Assembly (NCBI RefSeq): GCF_013315695.1
Contig: NZ_CP054353.1
DNA from: Escherichia coli
GTDB taxonomy: Bacteria > Pseudomonadota > Gammaproteobacteria > Enterobacterales > Enterobacteriaceae
Length of the DNA stretch: 64,000 bases
Direction: 5' to 3' (one strand)
Part shown: positions 36,125-46,236 of the stretch, in pieces
Layout: every line of letters starts with the position of its first letter
Numbering within the stretch: the stretch's first letter is position 1
Translations under genes and position numbers: made by a program
The notes under the pieces: model-generated
Told to the model about the DNA's origin: nothing
What the model saw: only the letters and a program-made list of their open reading frames with translations
Database searches by the model: none

Positions 36125-36564
36125 ACTTTGCCCTCAGACTGGCGCGTGAGATGGGGAGACCCGACTGGCGCGCCATGCTTGCCGGGATGACATCCACCGA
36201 ATATGCCGACTGGCACCGTTTTTACCGCACGCATTATTTTCAGGATACCCAGCTGGATATGCATTTTTCCGGGCTGACGTACGCTGTACTCAGCCTGTTT
36301 TTTTGCGATCCGGATATGCATCCCTCTGATTTCAGTCTGCTTGTCCCCCGGCATGAGGAAGAGCAGGTGGAGAGGCCGGATGAGGACAAAATGCTGATGC
36401 AGAAAGCGGCAGGACTTGCCGGAGGCGTCCGGTTCGGTGGGGACGGAGGGCGCGATATTTTATCGTCTGCGGATGTGGCGGATGTCATGGTGGATGATGC
36501 CGCATTAATGATGGCTTCAGCGGGGATTCCGGGAGGTGTGAGATATGTCCCAGCCGGTTGGTGA
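35693..36564 (+). CDS. GT: Tail assembly chaperone G-T fusion by programmed -1 frameshift at 36100-36106
   Basis: Slippery heptamer G GGA AAG at 36100-36106; the -1 frame is open from 36106 to 36564. Confidence 0.75.
36100..36106 (+). promoter_or_regulatory. Programmed -1 ribosomal frameshift slippery site (G GGA AAG)
   Basis: Same heptamer as the lambda G/GT site, 18 nt before the G stop. Confidence 0.75.
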
Positions 36565-39118
36565 TCTTGTTATTGACCTTAGTCTGGATGCTGTCCGTTT
36601 CGATGAGCAGATGAGCCGGGTAAGGCGTCATTTTTCAGGTCTGGATACCGACGCCAGAAAAACCGCCAGTGCTGTTGAACAGGGCCTGAGCCGCCAGGCG
36701 CTGGCTGCACAAAAAGCAGGGATTTCCGTCGGGCAGTATAAAGCGGCCATGCGAACCCTGCCCGCACAGTTTACGGATATCGCCACGCAGCTTGCCGGTG
36801 GTCAGAATCCCTGGCTGATCCTGCTGCAACAGGGCGGTCAGGTGAAGGACTCCTTCGGCGGGATGATCCCCATGTTCAGGGGGCTTGCCGGTGCGATCAC
36901 CCTGCCGATGGTCGGGGTCACCTCGCTGGCGGTGGCGACAGGTGCGCTGGTGTACGCCTGGTACCAGGGAGATTCCACGCTTTCAGCGTTTAATAAAACT
37001 CTGGTTCTTTCCGGTAATCAGTCCGGACTGACTGCCGATCGTATGCTGACTCTCTCAAGAGCCGGGCAGGCAGCAGGGCTGACGTTTAACCAGGCGAGAG
37101 AGTCACTGGCAGCCCTGGTGAATGCCGGTGTGCGTGGTGGTGAACAGTTTGATGCCATCAACCAGAGTGTCGCGCGTTTTGCGTCTGCATCCGGTGTGGA
37201 GGTGGATAAAGTCGCTGAAGCCTTCGGGAAGCTGACCACTGACCCGACGTCGGGACTGATGGCGATGGCGCGCCAGTTCCGTAACGTGACGGCAGAGCAG
37301 ATTGCGTATGTTGCACAGCTGCAGCGTTCCGGAGACGAGGCCGGGGCATTGCAGGCGGCGAACGATATCGCCACGAAAGGCTTTGATGAGCAGACCCGTC
37401 GCCTGAAAGAAAACATGGGAACACTGGAGACCTGGGCGGATAAAACAGGGAAGGCATTCAAATCGATGTGGGATGCCATTCTGGATATCGGTCGTCCGGA
37501 ATCCTCAGCGGATATGCTCGCCAGTGCGCAGAAGGCATTTGATGAGGCGGATAAAAAATGGCAGTGGTACCAGAGCCGGAGCCAGCGCCGGGGAAAGACC
37601 TCCTCTTTTCGTGCGAACCTTCAGGGGGCATGGGATGACCGGGAAAATGCCCGTCTGGGTCTGGCAGCGGCCACGCTGCAGTCGGATATGGAAAAAGCCG
37701 GTGAACTGGCGGCAAGGGACCGGGCTGAGCGTGAGGCGTCACAGCTGAAGTATACCGGAGAGGCGCAGAAGGCGTATGAGCGCCTGCAGACGCCGCTGGA
37801 TAAATATACCGCCCGTCAGAAAGAGCTGAATAAGGCCCTGAAAGACGGAAAAATCCTGCAGGCGGATTACAACACGCTGATGGCGTCGGCAAAAAAGGAT
37901 TATGAATCGACGCTGAAAAAGCCGTCAGGTGTGAAGGTGTCTGCCGGTGAGCGCCAGGAAGACCGGGCGCATGCAGCCATGCTGGCGCTTGAAACCGAGC
38001 TCAGGACGCTGGAAAAACACAGCGGTGTGAATGAGAAAATCAGCCAGCAGCGCCGGGATTTATGGGAAGCGGAAAATCAGTATGTGGTCCTGAAAGAGGC
38101 CGCCACGAAACGGCAGTTATCTGAGCAGGAAAAATCCCTGCTGGCCCATGAGAAAGAAACGCTGGAGTACAAACGCCAGCTGGCTGAGCTGGGCGACAAG
38201 ATAGAACACCAGAAGCGGCTGAATGAGCTGGCACAGCAGGCGGCGCGGTTTGAACAGCAGCAGAGCGCGAAGCAGGCGGCAATCAGCGCAAAAGCCCGCG
38301 GCCTCACTGACCGTCAGGCGCAGCGGGAGTCGGAAGAGCAGCGCCTTCGTGAGGTGTACGGTGATAATCCGGCTGCGCTGGCGAAGGCCACATCGGCACT
38401 GAAGAACACCTGGTCTGCGGAGGAGCAGCTTCGTGGAAGCTGGATGGCCGGGATGAAGTCCGGCTGGGGCGAGTGGGCGGAAAGTGCGACGGACAGTTTT
38501 TCGCAGGTTAAAAACGCGGCCACGCAGACCTTTGACGGTATTGCACAGAATATGGCGGCGATGCTGACCGGCAGTGAGCAGAACTGGCGTGGTTTCACCC
38601 GTTCCGTGCTCTCCATGCTGACAGAGATTTTTCTGAAGCAGGCAATGGTGGGGATTGTCGGAAGTATCGGCAGCGCCATTGGCGGGGCTGTTGGTGGTGG
38701 CGCATCCGCGTCAGGCGGTACAGCCATTCAGGCTGCGGCGGCGAACTTCCATTTTGCGACCGGAGGATTTACGGGAACCGGCGGCAAATATGAGCCAGCG
38801 GGGATTGTTCACCGTGGTGAATTTGTCTTCACGAAGGAGGCAACCAGCCGGATTGGTGTCGGCAACCTGTATCGTCTGATGCGCGGGTATGCGGAAGGTG
38901 GTTATGTCGGCGGTGCCGGAAGTCCGGCGCAGATGCGGCGGGCGGAAGGTATCCGGTTTGAGCAGAACAACAGCGTGGTGATTCAGAACGACGGTATCAA
39001 CGGACAGGCCGGGCCGCAGCTGATGAAAGCGGTGTATGAGATGGCCCGTAAAGGTGCGCAGGATGAGATTCAGGCGCAGATGCGTGATGGCGGCGTATTT
39101 TCCGGAGGCAGGCGATGA
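36545..39118 (+). CDS. H: Tail tape-measure protein gpH
   Basis: 857 aa, coiled-coil-rich, lambda-H-like in order and length. Confidence 0.9.
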   Translation: MSQPVGDLVIDLSLDAVRFDEQMSRVRRHFSGLDTDARKTASAVEQGLSRQALAAQKAGISVGQYKAAMRTLPAQFTDIATQLAGGQNPWLILLQQGGQVKDSFGGMIPMFRGLAGAITLPMVGVTSLAVATGALVYAWYQGDSTLSAFNKTLVLSGNQSGLTADRMLTLSRAGQAAGLTFNQARESLAALVNAGVRGGEQFDAINQSVARFASASGVEVDKVAEAFGKLTTDPTSGLMAMARQFRNVTAEQIAYVAQLQRSGDEAGALQAANDIATKGFDEQTRRLKENMGTLETWADKTGKAFKSMWDAILDIGRPESSADMLASAQKAFDEADKKWQWYQSRSQRRGKTSSFRANLQGAWDDRENARLGLAAATLQSDMEKAGELAARDRAEREASQLKYTGEAQKAYERLQTPLDKYTARQKELNKALKDGKILQADYNTLMASAKKDYESTLKKPSGVKVSAGERQEDRAHAAMLALETELRTLEKHSGVNEKISQQRRDLWEAENQYVVLKEAATKRQLSEQEKSLLAHEKETLEYKRQLAELGDKIEHQKRLNELAQQAARFEQQQSAKQAAISAKARGLTDRQAQRESEEQRLREVYGDNPAALAKATSALKNTWSAEEQLRGSWMAGMKSGWGEWAESATDSFSQVKNAATQTFDGIAQNMAAMLTGSEQNWRGFTRSVLSMLTEIFLKQAMVGIVGSIGSAIGGAVGGGASASGGTAIQAAAANFHFATGGFTGTGGKYEPAGIVHRGEFVFTKEATSRIGVGNLYRLMRGYAEGGYVGGAGSPAQMRRAEGIRFEQNNSVVIQNDGINGQAGPQLMKAVYEMARKGAQDEIQAQMRDGGVFSGGRR

Positions 39119-39444
39119 AAACCTTTCGCTGGAAAGTGAAACCGGATATGGAGGTGAACTCGCAGCCATCGGTGCGTGAAGTGCGTTTTGGTGACGGGTA
39201 CTCACAGCGTATGGCGGCAGGGCTGAATGCTGACCTGAAAACATACAGGGTGACGCTTTCCGTGACCCGGGAGGAGGCCCGGCATCTGGAAGCGTTCCTG
39301 GCAGAGCACGGTGGCTGGAAGGCATTTTTGTGGAAGCCACCCTATGCATACCGGCAGATAAAGGTGACCTGTGCCGGGTGGTCTGCGCGGGTCGGGATGT
39401 TGCGCGTTGAGTTCAGCGCGGAGTTTAAGCAGGTGGTGAACTGA
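39115..39444 (+). CDS. M: Minor tail protein gpM
   Basis: MKTFRWKVKPDMEVNSQPSVREVRFGDGYSQRMAAGLNADLKTYRVTLSV..., lambda-M-like. Confidence 0.9.
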   Translation: MKTFRWKVKPDMEVNSQPSVREVRFGDGYSQRMAAGLNADLKTYRVTLSVTREEARHLEAFLAEHGGWKAFLWKPPYAYRQIKVTCAGWSARVGMLRVEFSAEFKQVVN

Positions 39445-40142
39445 TGCAGGATATTCGCGAAGAAAGTCTGAACGAGTCGGTTAAGTCAGAGCAGTCACCG
39501 CGGGTGGTACTCTGGGAAATCGACCTGACGGTACAGGGTGGTGAGCGGTATTTTTTCTGTAATGAGCTGAATGAAAAAGGGGAGCCGGTCACCTGGCAGG
39601 GGCGTAAGTATGAGGCATACCCGATTGACGGCAGCGGCTTTGAGATGAACGGCCGGGGCAGCAGTGCCAGACCGTCGCTGACGGTGTCCAATCTGTTCGG
39701 TCTGGTCACCGGGATGGCGGAAGACCTGCAGAGTCTGGTGGGGGCCACGGTGGTCCGCCGCCGGGTGTATGCCCGTTTTCTGGATGCGGTGAATTTCGTT
39801 GCGGGCAATCCGGAGGCGGACCCGGAGCAGGAGCTGAGTGACCGCTGGGTGGTGGAGCAGATGTCGCAGCTGACAGCCATGACGGCCTCGTTTGTGCTGG
39901 CCACACCGACCGAGACGGACGGGGCGCTGTTTCCCGGTCGCATCATGCTGGCGAACACCTGTATGTGGGATTACCGGGGAGATGAATGCGGGTATAACGG
40001 TCCTGCGGTGGCGGATGAGTTCGACAACCCCACCACGGATATCCGTAAGGACAGATGCAGCAAGTGCATGCGCGGGTGTGAGATGCGCGGCATGGTGGCT
40101 AATTTTGGCGGTTTCCTTTCCATTAACAAACTTTCGCAGTAA
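39444..40142 (+). CDS. L: Minor tail protein gpL
   Basis: MQDIREESLNESVKSEQSPRVVLWEIDLTVQGGERYFFCNELNEKGEPVTWQGRKYEAYPIDGSGFEMNG..., lambda-L-like. Confidence 0.9.
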   Translation: MQDIREESLNESVKSEQSPRVVLWEIDLTVQGGERYFFCNELNEKGEPVTWQGRKYEAYPIDGSGFEMNGRGSSARPSLTVSNLFGLVTGMAEDLQSLVGATVVRRRVYARFLDAVNFVAGNPEADPEQELSDRWVVEQMSQLTAMTASFVLATPTETDGALFPGRIMLANTCMWDYRGDECGYNGPAVADEFDNPTTDIRKDRCSKCMRGCEMRGMVANFGGFLSINKLSQ

Positions 40143-40147
40143 ATCCA

Positions 40148-40891
40148 ATGACACAGACAGAATCAGCGATTCTGGCGCATGCCCGGCGGTGTGTGCCTGC
40201 GGAGTCGTGCGGCTTAGTGGTGAGAACGCCGGAGGGGGAGCGGTATATCCCTTGTGTGAATATCTCTGCAGAGCCGGAGGCGTATTTTCGTATTGCACCG
40301 GAAGACTGGCTGCGGGCAGAGATGCAGGGGGAGATTGTGGCACTGGTCCACAGTCATCCCGGTGGGCTGCCCTGGCTGAGCGAGGCTGACCGGCGGCTGC
40401 AGATAAAAAGCGCACTGCCCTGGTGGCTGGTCTGCCGGGGTGACATTCACAAATTCCGCTGCGTGCCGCACCTGACGGGACGGCGCTTTGAGCACGGGGT
40501 GACGGACTGTTACACCCTGTTCCGGGATGCATACCATCTGGCGGGGACTGAAATGCCGGATTTTCATCGCGAGGATGACTGGTGGCGCAACGGTCAGAAC
40601 CTTTACCTGGACAATATGGCGGTCACCGGCTTTTACCGGGTGCCCCTGTCCTCTGCACAGGCGGGCGATATTCTGCTGTGCTGCTTTGGTGCTTCGGTAC
40701 CGAACCATGCCGCCATTTACTGCGGCAACGGTGAGCTGCTTCACCATCTGCCTGAACAACTGAGTAAACGGGAGAGGTATTCCGAAAAATGGCAACGACG
40801 AACGCATTCTGTCTGGCGTCACCGCCACTGGCACGCATCTGCCTTCACGGGGATTTGCAACGATTTGGCCGCCGCCTCAGCCTGTATGTGA
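40148..40891 (+). CDS. K: Tail assembly protein gpK (NlpC/P60 plus JAB/MPN-like); 3' extent uncertain because the frame runs into gpI
   Basis: MTQTESAILAHARRCVPAESCGLVVRTPEGERYIPCVNIS...HSHPGG; overlaps I by 103 nt. Confidence 0.8.
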   Translation: MTQTESAILAHARRCVPAESCGLVVRTPEGERYIPCVNISAEPEAYFRIAPEDWLRAEMQGEIVALVHSHPGGLPWLSEADRRLQIKSALPWWLVCRGDIHKFRCVPHLTGRRFEHGVTDCYTLFRDAYHLAGTEMPDFHREDDWWRNGQNLYLDNMAVTGFYRVPLSSAQAGDILLCCFGASVPNHAAIYCGNGELLHHLPEQLSKRERYSEKWQRRTHSVWRHRHWHASAFTGICNDLAAASACM

Positions 40892-41469
40892 ACACGGCAG
40901 CGGAAGCCATTCGCGCCCTGTCGATGCAGATGCCGGGCTTTCGCCGTCAGATGAACGAAGGCTGGTACCAGATACGTATTGCCGGTGATGACACGGCACC
41001 GGAGGCGGTGTATGCCCGTCTTCACGAACAGCTGGGTGAGGGAACGGTCATCCACATTGTGCCGCGACTGGCCGGGGCCGGAAAGGGTGGACTGCAGATT
41101 GTGCTGGGGGCGGCAGCCATCGTGGGCTCTTTCTTCACGGCCGGAGGCTCGATGGCGTTATGGGGTACAGCCCTGAGTGCCGGTGGTTTTTCTGCCACCA
41201 CGATGCTGTTTTCACTGGGTGCCAGCATGATACTGGGCGGAGTGGCCCAGATGCTGGCCCCGAAGGCAAAAACACCGGATTACCGCGCAACGGATAACGG
41301 CAGACAGAACACGTACTTTTCCTCGCTGGATAACATGATTGCCCAGGGGAACCCGATGCCGGTGCCTTACGGGGAAATGCTGGTTGGCTCCCGCCGTATA
41401 TCCCAGGACATCAGCACCCGTGATGAAGGCGGGGGCGGAAAGGTCGTGGTTATCGGGCGGCAGGGGTAA
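40789..41469 (+). CDS. I: Tail assembly protein gpI
   Basis: MATTNAFCLASPPLARICLHGDLQRFGRRLSLYVNTAAEAIRALSMQMPGFRRQ..., lambda-I-like. Confidence 0.85.
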   Translation: MATTNAFCLASPPLARICLHGDLQRFGRRLSLYVNTAAEAIRALSMQMPGFRRQMNEGWYQIRIAGDDTAPEAVYARLHEQLGEGTVIHIVPRLAGAGKGGLQIVLGAAAIVGSFFTAGGSMALWGTALSAGGFSATTMLFSLGASMILGGVAQMLAPKAKTPDYRATDNGRQNTYFSSLDNMIAQGNPMPVPYGEMLVGSRRISQDISTRDEGGGGKVVVIGRQG

Positions 41470-41474
41470 AAAGA

Positions 41475-41573
41475 ATAAAAAAATCCCGCAGTGATCGCGG
41501 ACAGGAACTGCGGGAGAGTTACGAAGATTAAGTGTAAGGAATTATTCTTATATCACGACAAAAAAATTAACGC
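41475..41573 (-). ncRNA. Candidate small RNA between I and J (promoter to intrinsic terminator, about 100 nt, no ORF)
   Basis: Reverse-strand TTCACA, 16 nt, TATAAT (41580-41607) then AU-rich transcript ending in hairpin CCCGCAG...CTGCGGG plus U7 (41471-41514). Confidence 0.45.
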
Positions 41574-41579
41574 AGAGAA

Positions 41580-41607
41580 ATTATACGCGCCACAGTCAGT
41601 TTGTGAA
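41580..41607 (-). promoter_or_regulatory. Near-consensus sigma70 promoter on the reverse strand in the I-J spacer
   Basis: -35 TTCACA (41607-41602), 16-nt spacer, -10 TATAAT (41585-41580). Confidence 0.45.
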
Positions 41608-41680
41608 AATGTGAAGATATTCAGAATTTTTATGCCATTACCGGTTTTAACCAACAGGATTATCGGTGGGCATGAAAGAA

Positions 41681-41715
41681 AACCCCGGTATCTGCTGATA
41701 CCGGGGTTTCTCTTT
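41681..41715 (+). terminator. Intrinsic terminator-like hairpin upstream of J
   Basis: ccccggtatc / gataccgggg stem then tttctcttt. Confidence 0.5.
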
Positions 41716-41812
41716 AGCATGGCAGAAATGTGTTTCATGCTTTTCGGGCGAAGGATATCCGACTTCTGTACGGAATGGCAAGTGGCGGTTAATTTATTCA
41801 GGGGAAGGCTGT

Positions 41813-44800
41813 ATGGGAAAAGGTGGCGGTAAGGCACACACGCCTCGTGAGGCGAAGGATAATCTCAAATCCACGCAGATGATGAGTGTGATTGATGCGA
41901 TTGGTGAGGGACCGATAGAAGGTCCGGTGAAGGGACTGCAGAGTATTCTGGTGAACAAAACCCCGCTGACGGACACGGACGGTAATCCCGTGATACACGG
42001 TGTGACTGCGGTCTGGCGTGCCGGGGAGCAGGAGCAGACACCACCGGAAGGCTTTGAGTCCTCCGGAGCTGAAACCGGACTGGGCGTGGAAGTGACGAAG
42101 GCAAAACCGGTGACGCGCACCATTACGTCCGCGAACATTGACCGCCTGCGGGTTACCTTCGGGGTGCAGTCACTGGTGCAGACCACGTCAAAGGGCGACC
42201 GTAATCCTTCCTCTGTCCGGATTCTGATTCAGTTACAGCGTAATGGCCGCTGGGTGACGGAAAAGGATGTCACCATTAACGGCAAGACCACCTCGCAGTT
42301 CCTGGCCTCGGTGATTCTGGATAATCTGCCTCCCCGGCCCTTTAACATCCGGATGGTCAGGGAGACGGCGGACAGCACCACGGACCAGCTGCAGAATAAG
42401 ACGCTGTGGTCGTCATACACCGAAATCATCGATGTGAAACAGTGCTACCCGAACACGGCCATTGTGGGGCTGCAGGTGGATGCGGAGCAGTTCGGCGGCC
42501 AGCAGATGACGGTGAACTACCATATCCGCGGTCGCATCATCCAGGTGCCGTCAAACTATGACCCGGAAAAACGCACGTACAGTGGTATCTGGGACGGCAG
42601 CCTGAAACCGGCATACAGCAACAACCCGGCCTGGTGTCTGTGGGACATGCTGACTCACCCGCGCTACGGCATGGGAAAACGTCTGGGGGCGGCGGATGTG
42701 GACAAGTGGGCGCTGTATGCCATCGGGCAGTACTGCGACCAGACGGTCCCGGATGGTTTCGGGGGGACCGAGCCGCGGATGACCTTTAATGCGTACCTGG
42801 CACAACAGCGTAAGGCGTGGGACGTTCTCAGTGATTTCTGCTCTGCGATGCGCTGTATGCCGGTATGGAACGGCCAGACGCTGACGTTCGTTCAGGACCG
42901 TCCGTCGGATGTGGTGTGGCCGTACACCAACAGCGATGTGGTGGTGGATGATAACGGCGTGGGTTTCCGCTACAGCTCCAGTGCCCTGAAGGACCGGCAC
43001 ACGGCAGTGGAGGTGAATTACACCGACCCGCAGAACGGCTGGCAGACCTCCACGGAACTGGTGGAAGACCCGGAAGCCATACTGCGCTACGGACGCAACC
43101 TGCTGAAGATGGACGCGTTCGGCTGTACCAGCCGCGGTCAGGCCCACCGTGCCGGGCTGTGGGTGATAAAGACCGAACTGCTGGAAACGCAGACGGTGGA
43201 TTTCACGCTTGGGTCACAGGGGCTGCGTCACACACCCGGTGACATCATTGAAATCTGTGATAACGACTATGCCGGGACCATGACCGGCGGACGTGTCCTG
43301 TCCATCGATGCCGCCAGCCGTACCCTGACGCTGGACCGGGAGGTGACACTGCCGGAGACCGGCACGGCCACTGTTAATCTGATTAACGGCAGCGGTAAGC
43401 CGGCGAGCGTGGCCATCACCGCACACCCCGCGCCTGACCGGATACAGGTCAGCACCCTGCCGGATGGTGTGGAGACATACGGTGTGTGGGGACTCTCCCT
43501 GCCGTCACTGCGTCGTCGCCTGTTCCGCTGTGTCTCCATCCGGGAAAACACGGACGGCACCTTTGCCATCACGGCGGTGCAGCACGTACCTGAAAAAGAA
43601 GCCATCGTGGATAACGGGGCCCGCTTTGAGCCGCAGTCAGGCACCCTGAACAGCGTTATCCCACCGGCAGTGCAGCACCTGACGGTGGAGGTGAGCGCAG
43701 CTGACGGCCAGTATCTGGCGCAGGCTAAATGGGACACGCCGCGGGTGGTGAAGGGCGTGCGCTTCAGTCTGCGCCTGACCAGTGGTAAGGGAACGGATGC
43801 CAGACTGGTGACCACCGCCATCACCGCAGACACGGAGCACCGTTTCAGCGGCCTGCCACTGGGGGAATACACCCTGACGGTGCGGGCCATTAACAGCTAC
43901 GGCCAGCAGGGCGAACCTGCGACCACCACCTTCCGGATTAACGCGCCTGCAAAACCCGCCACCATTGAGCTGACGCCGGGGTATTTTCAGATAACGGCGG
44001 TACCGGTGCTGGCGGTGTATGACCCGACGGTGCAGTTTGAATTCTGGTTCTCAGAAAAACGCATCACGAACACGGCACAGGTGGAAAAATCTGCCCGTTA
44101 TCTGGGGACCGGCAGTCAGTGGACTGTCCAGGGGAGCCGGATTAAGCCGGGGACGGATTTCTGGTTTTACGTGCGAAGCGTCAACCTGGTGGGAAAATCT
44201 GCTTTTGTGGAAGCCAGCGGGCAGCCCAGCAATGATGGTGAAGGGTATCTGGAAATTTTCCGGGGGCTGATAGATGAGACGCTTCTGGGGCAGGCACTGA
44301 AAGAGCGCATTGATGCTTCAGCGCTGCGTACGGAGGTCACGCAACTGGAAGAAGATATCCGTCAGCGGATGGACACGGATATCGCAGAAGTGACCCGGAA
44401 AATCGGGAAGGCGGAAAACAGCCTCACGCAGCTGGTTGCGAAAAAGAATGAGGACCAGACACTGGCCATCGCGCAGGTGAGCCAGAAAGTGGACCGGGTG
44501 AGCAGTGAAATCTCACAGACTGTCAGCCAGGGGCAGTCAGAAAACGCCCGACAGATAGCACAGGTCCGCCAGTACGTGGATAAAAAAGGGAGTGAAATTA
44601 CCTCGACCACGGATAAAAAGCTGGGTGACCAGGCCGTGACCATACAGCAAATCCAGCGGGTTCAGTCAGACACGCGCAATGAGCTGAATGCCATGTATAT
44701 GCTGAAGGTGCAGAAAACAAAAAACGGTATTCCCTATGTGGCCGGGATTGGCGCGGGGATTGAGGATGTTGATGGTCAGACCCTGAGTAACATTCTGCTG

Positions 44801-45505
44801 CAGGCCGATCGCATTGCGATGATTACCCCGGAGAACGGCAACACCACGCCGCTGTTTGTGGCGCAGGGGAATCAGCTGTTCATGAACGACGTGTTCCTGA
44901 AGCGACTGTTTGCGGTGAGCATCACGTCATCCGGCAATCCTCCGACGTTTTCCCTGACGCCGGATGGCAGGCTGACAGCCCGCAATGCGGATATCAGTGG
45001 AGCCATCACGGCGAATACCGGCACGCTCAATAATGTCACCATTAACGAGAACTGTGTCATCAGAGGGAAACTGTCTGCAAACCAGATTGAAGGCGATCTC
45101 GTTAAAACAGTGGGTAAGGCTTTCCCCCGTGACTCCCGTGCACCGAAGCGTTGGCCATCAGGAACCATTACCGTCAGGGTTTATGACGATCAGCCGTTTA
45201 ACCGGCAGATTGTTATTCCGGCGGTGGCTTTCAGCGGTGCCAGACATGAGCGGGAGAACAGCGATACTTATTCGTCATGCCGCCTGATAGTGAAGAAAAA
45301 CGGTGCTGAAATTTATAACCGTACCGCGATGGATAATACGCTGGTTTACAGTGGTGTTATTGATATGCCTGCTGGTCGCGGCCACATGACGCTGGAGTTT
45401 TCTGTATCAGCATGGTGGGTAAATGGCTGGTATCCCACAGCAAGTATCAGCGATTTGCTGGTTGTTGTGATGAAGAAAGCCACTGCAGGCATCACGATTA
45501 GCTGA
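41813..45505 (+). CDS. J: Central tail fiber / host specificity protein gpJ
   Basis: 1230 aa; N-terminus [52 protein letters not shown]... lambda-J-like. Confidence 0.9.
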   Translation: MGKGGGKAHTPREAKDNLKSTQMMSVIDAIGEGPIEGPVKGLQSILVNKTPLTDTDGNPVIHGVTAVWRAGEQEQTPPEGFESSGAETGLGVEVTKAKPVTRTITSANIDRLRVTFGVQSLVQTTSKGDRNPSSVRILIQLQRNGRWVTEKDVTINGKTTSQFLASVILDNLPPRPFNIRMVRETADSTTDQLQNKTLWSSYTEIIDVKQCYPNTAIVGLQVDAEQFGGQQMTVNYHIRGRIIQVPSNYDPEKRTYSGIWDGSLKPAYSNNPAWCLWDMLTHPRYGMGKRLGAADVDKWALYAIGQYCDQTVPDGFGGTEPRMTFNAYLAQQRKAWDVLSDFCSAMRCMPVWNGQTLTFVQDRPSDVVWPYTNSDVVVDDNGVGFRYSSSALKDRHTAVEVNYTDPQNGWQTSTELVEDPEAILRYGRNLLKMDAFGCTSRGQAHRAGLWVIKTELLETQTVDFTLGSQGLRHTPGDIIEICDNDYAGTMTGGRVLSIDAASRTLTLDREVTLPETGTATVNLINGSGKPASVAITAHPAPDRIQVSTLPDGVETYGVWGLSLPSLRRRLFRCVSIRENTDGTFAITAVQHVPEKEAIVDNGARFEPQSGTLNSVIPPAVQHLTVEVSAADGQYLAQAKWDTPRVVKGVRFSLRLTSGKGTDARLVTTAITADTEHRFSGLPLGEYTLTVRAINSYGQQGEPATTTFRINAPAKPATIELTPGYFQITAVPVLAVYDPTVQFEFWFSEKRITNTAQVEKSARYLGTGSQWTVQGSRIKPGTDFWFYVRSVNLVGKSAFVEASGQPSNDGEGYLEIFRGLIDETLLGQALKERIDASALRTEVTQLEEDIRQRMDTDIAEVTRKIGKAENSLTQLVAKKNEDQTLAIAQVSQKVDRVSSEISQTVSQGQSENARQIAQVRQYVDKKGSEITSTTDKKLGDQAVTIQQIQRVQSDTRNELNAMYMLKVQKTKNGIPYVAGIGAGIEDVDGQTLSNILLQADRIAMITPENGNTTPLFVAQGNQLFMNDVFLKRLFAVSITSSGNPPTFSLTPDGRLTARNADISGAITANTGTLNNVTINENCVIRGKLSANQIEGDLVKTVGKAFPRDSRAPKRWPSGTITVRVYDDQPFNRQIVIPAVAFSGARHERENSDTYSSCRLIVKKNGAEIYNRTAMDNTLVYSGVIDMPAGRGHMTLEFSVSAWWVNGWYPTASISDLLVVVMKKATAGITIS

Positions 45506-45572
45506 ATTTTATAACCCCAATACGGGCGCCAGAAATGGCGCCTTTTTTATTGCAGAAAAGCGAGAGGTAATT

Positions 45573-46172
45573 ATGCGTAAATTATGTGCAGCCATTTTGT
45601 CCGCAGCCATCTGTCTGTCCGTATCCGGTGCGCCTGCATGGGCGTCTGAACATCAGTCCACACTGAGCGCGGGGTATCTTCATGCCCGTACGAACGCTCC
45701 CGGCAGCGATAATCTGAACGGGATTAACGTGAAATACCGTTATGAGTTTACGGACACGCTGGGGCTGATTACGTCCTTCAGTTATGCCAATGCTGAGGAT
45801 GAGCAAAAAACGCACTACAACGATACCCGCTGGCATGAAGATTCCGTGCGTAACCGCTGGTTCAGCGTGATGGCGGGGCCGTCTGTACGCGTGAATGAAT
45901 GGTTCAGCGCGTATGCGATGGTGGGTGTGGCTTACAGCCGTGTGTCGACTTTCTCCGGGGATTATCTCCGCGTAACTGACAACAAGGGGAAAACGCACGA
46001 TGTGCTGACCGGAAGTGATGACGGTCGCCACAGCAACACGTCTCTGGCGTGGGGGGCTGGCGTGCAGTTTAACCCGACCGAATCCGTGGCCATTGATATT
46101 GCTTATGAAGGCTCCGGTAGTGGTGACTGGCGCACTGACGGTTTCATCGTGGGTGTCGGTTATAAGTTCTGA
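45573..46172 (+). CDS. lom: Lom-like outer membrane protein (Ail/Lom family)
   Basis: Signal peptide MRKLCAAILSAAICLSVSGAPAWA, beta-barrel-like pattern, C-terminal ...GVGYKF. Confidence 0.85.
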   Translation: MRKLCAAILSAAICLSVSGAPAWASEHQSTLSAGYLHARTNAPGSDNLNGINVKYRYEFTDTLGLITSFSYANAEDEQKTHYNDTRWHEDSVRNRWFSVMAGPSVRVNEWFSAYAMVGVAYSRVSTFSGDYLRVTDNKGKTHDVLTGSDDGRHSNTSLAWGAGVQFNPTESVAIDIAYEGSGSGDWRTDGFIVGVGYKF

Positions 46173-46198
46173 TTAGCCAGGTAACACAGTGTTATGAC

Positions 46199-46226
46199 AG
46201 CCCGCCGGTTCAGGCGGGCTTTTTTG
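46199..46226 (+). terminator. Intrinsic terminator after lom
   Basis: agcccgcc ggttcag gcgggct followed by tttttt. Confidence 0.75.
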
Positions 46227-46236
46227 TGGAGTGGAT

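Noticed and set aside
39495-40532. 345-aa ORF on the reverse strand across the gpL/gpK region
   Set aside because: Fully antisense to well-supported lambda-like tail genes in GC-rich DNA; Pro/Arg/Ala-rich low-complexity translation typical of antisense artefacts.
41491-41832. 113-aa forward ORF spanning the I-J spacer
   Set aside because: Runs across two terminator-like hairpins into J out of frame, has no RBS and an implausible composition; the region is better explained as non-coding (candidate sRNA).
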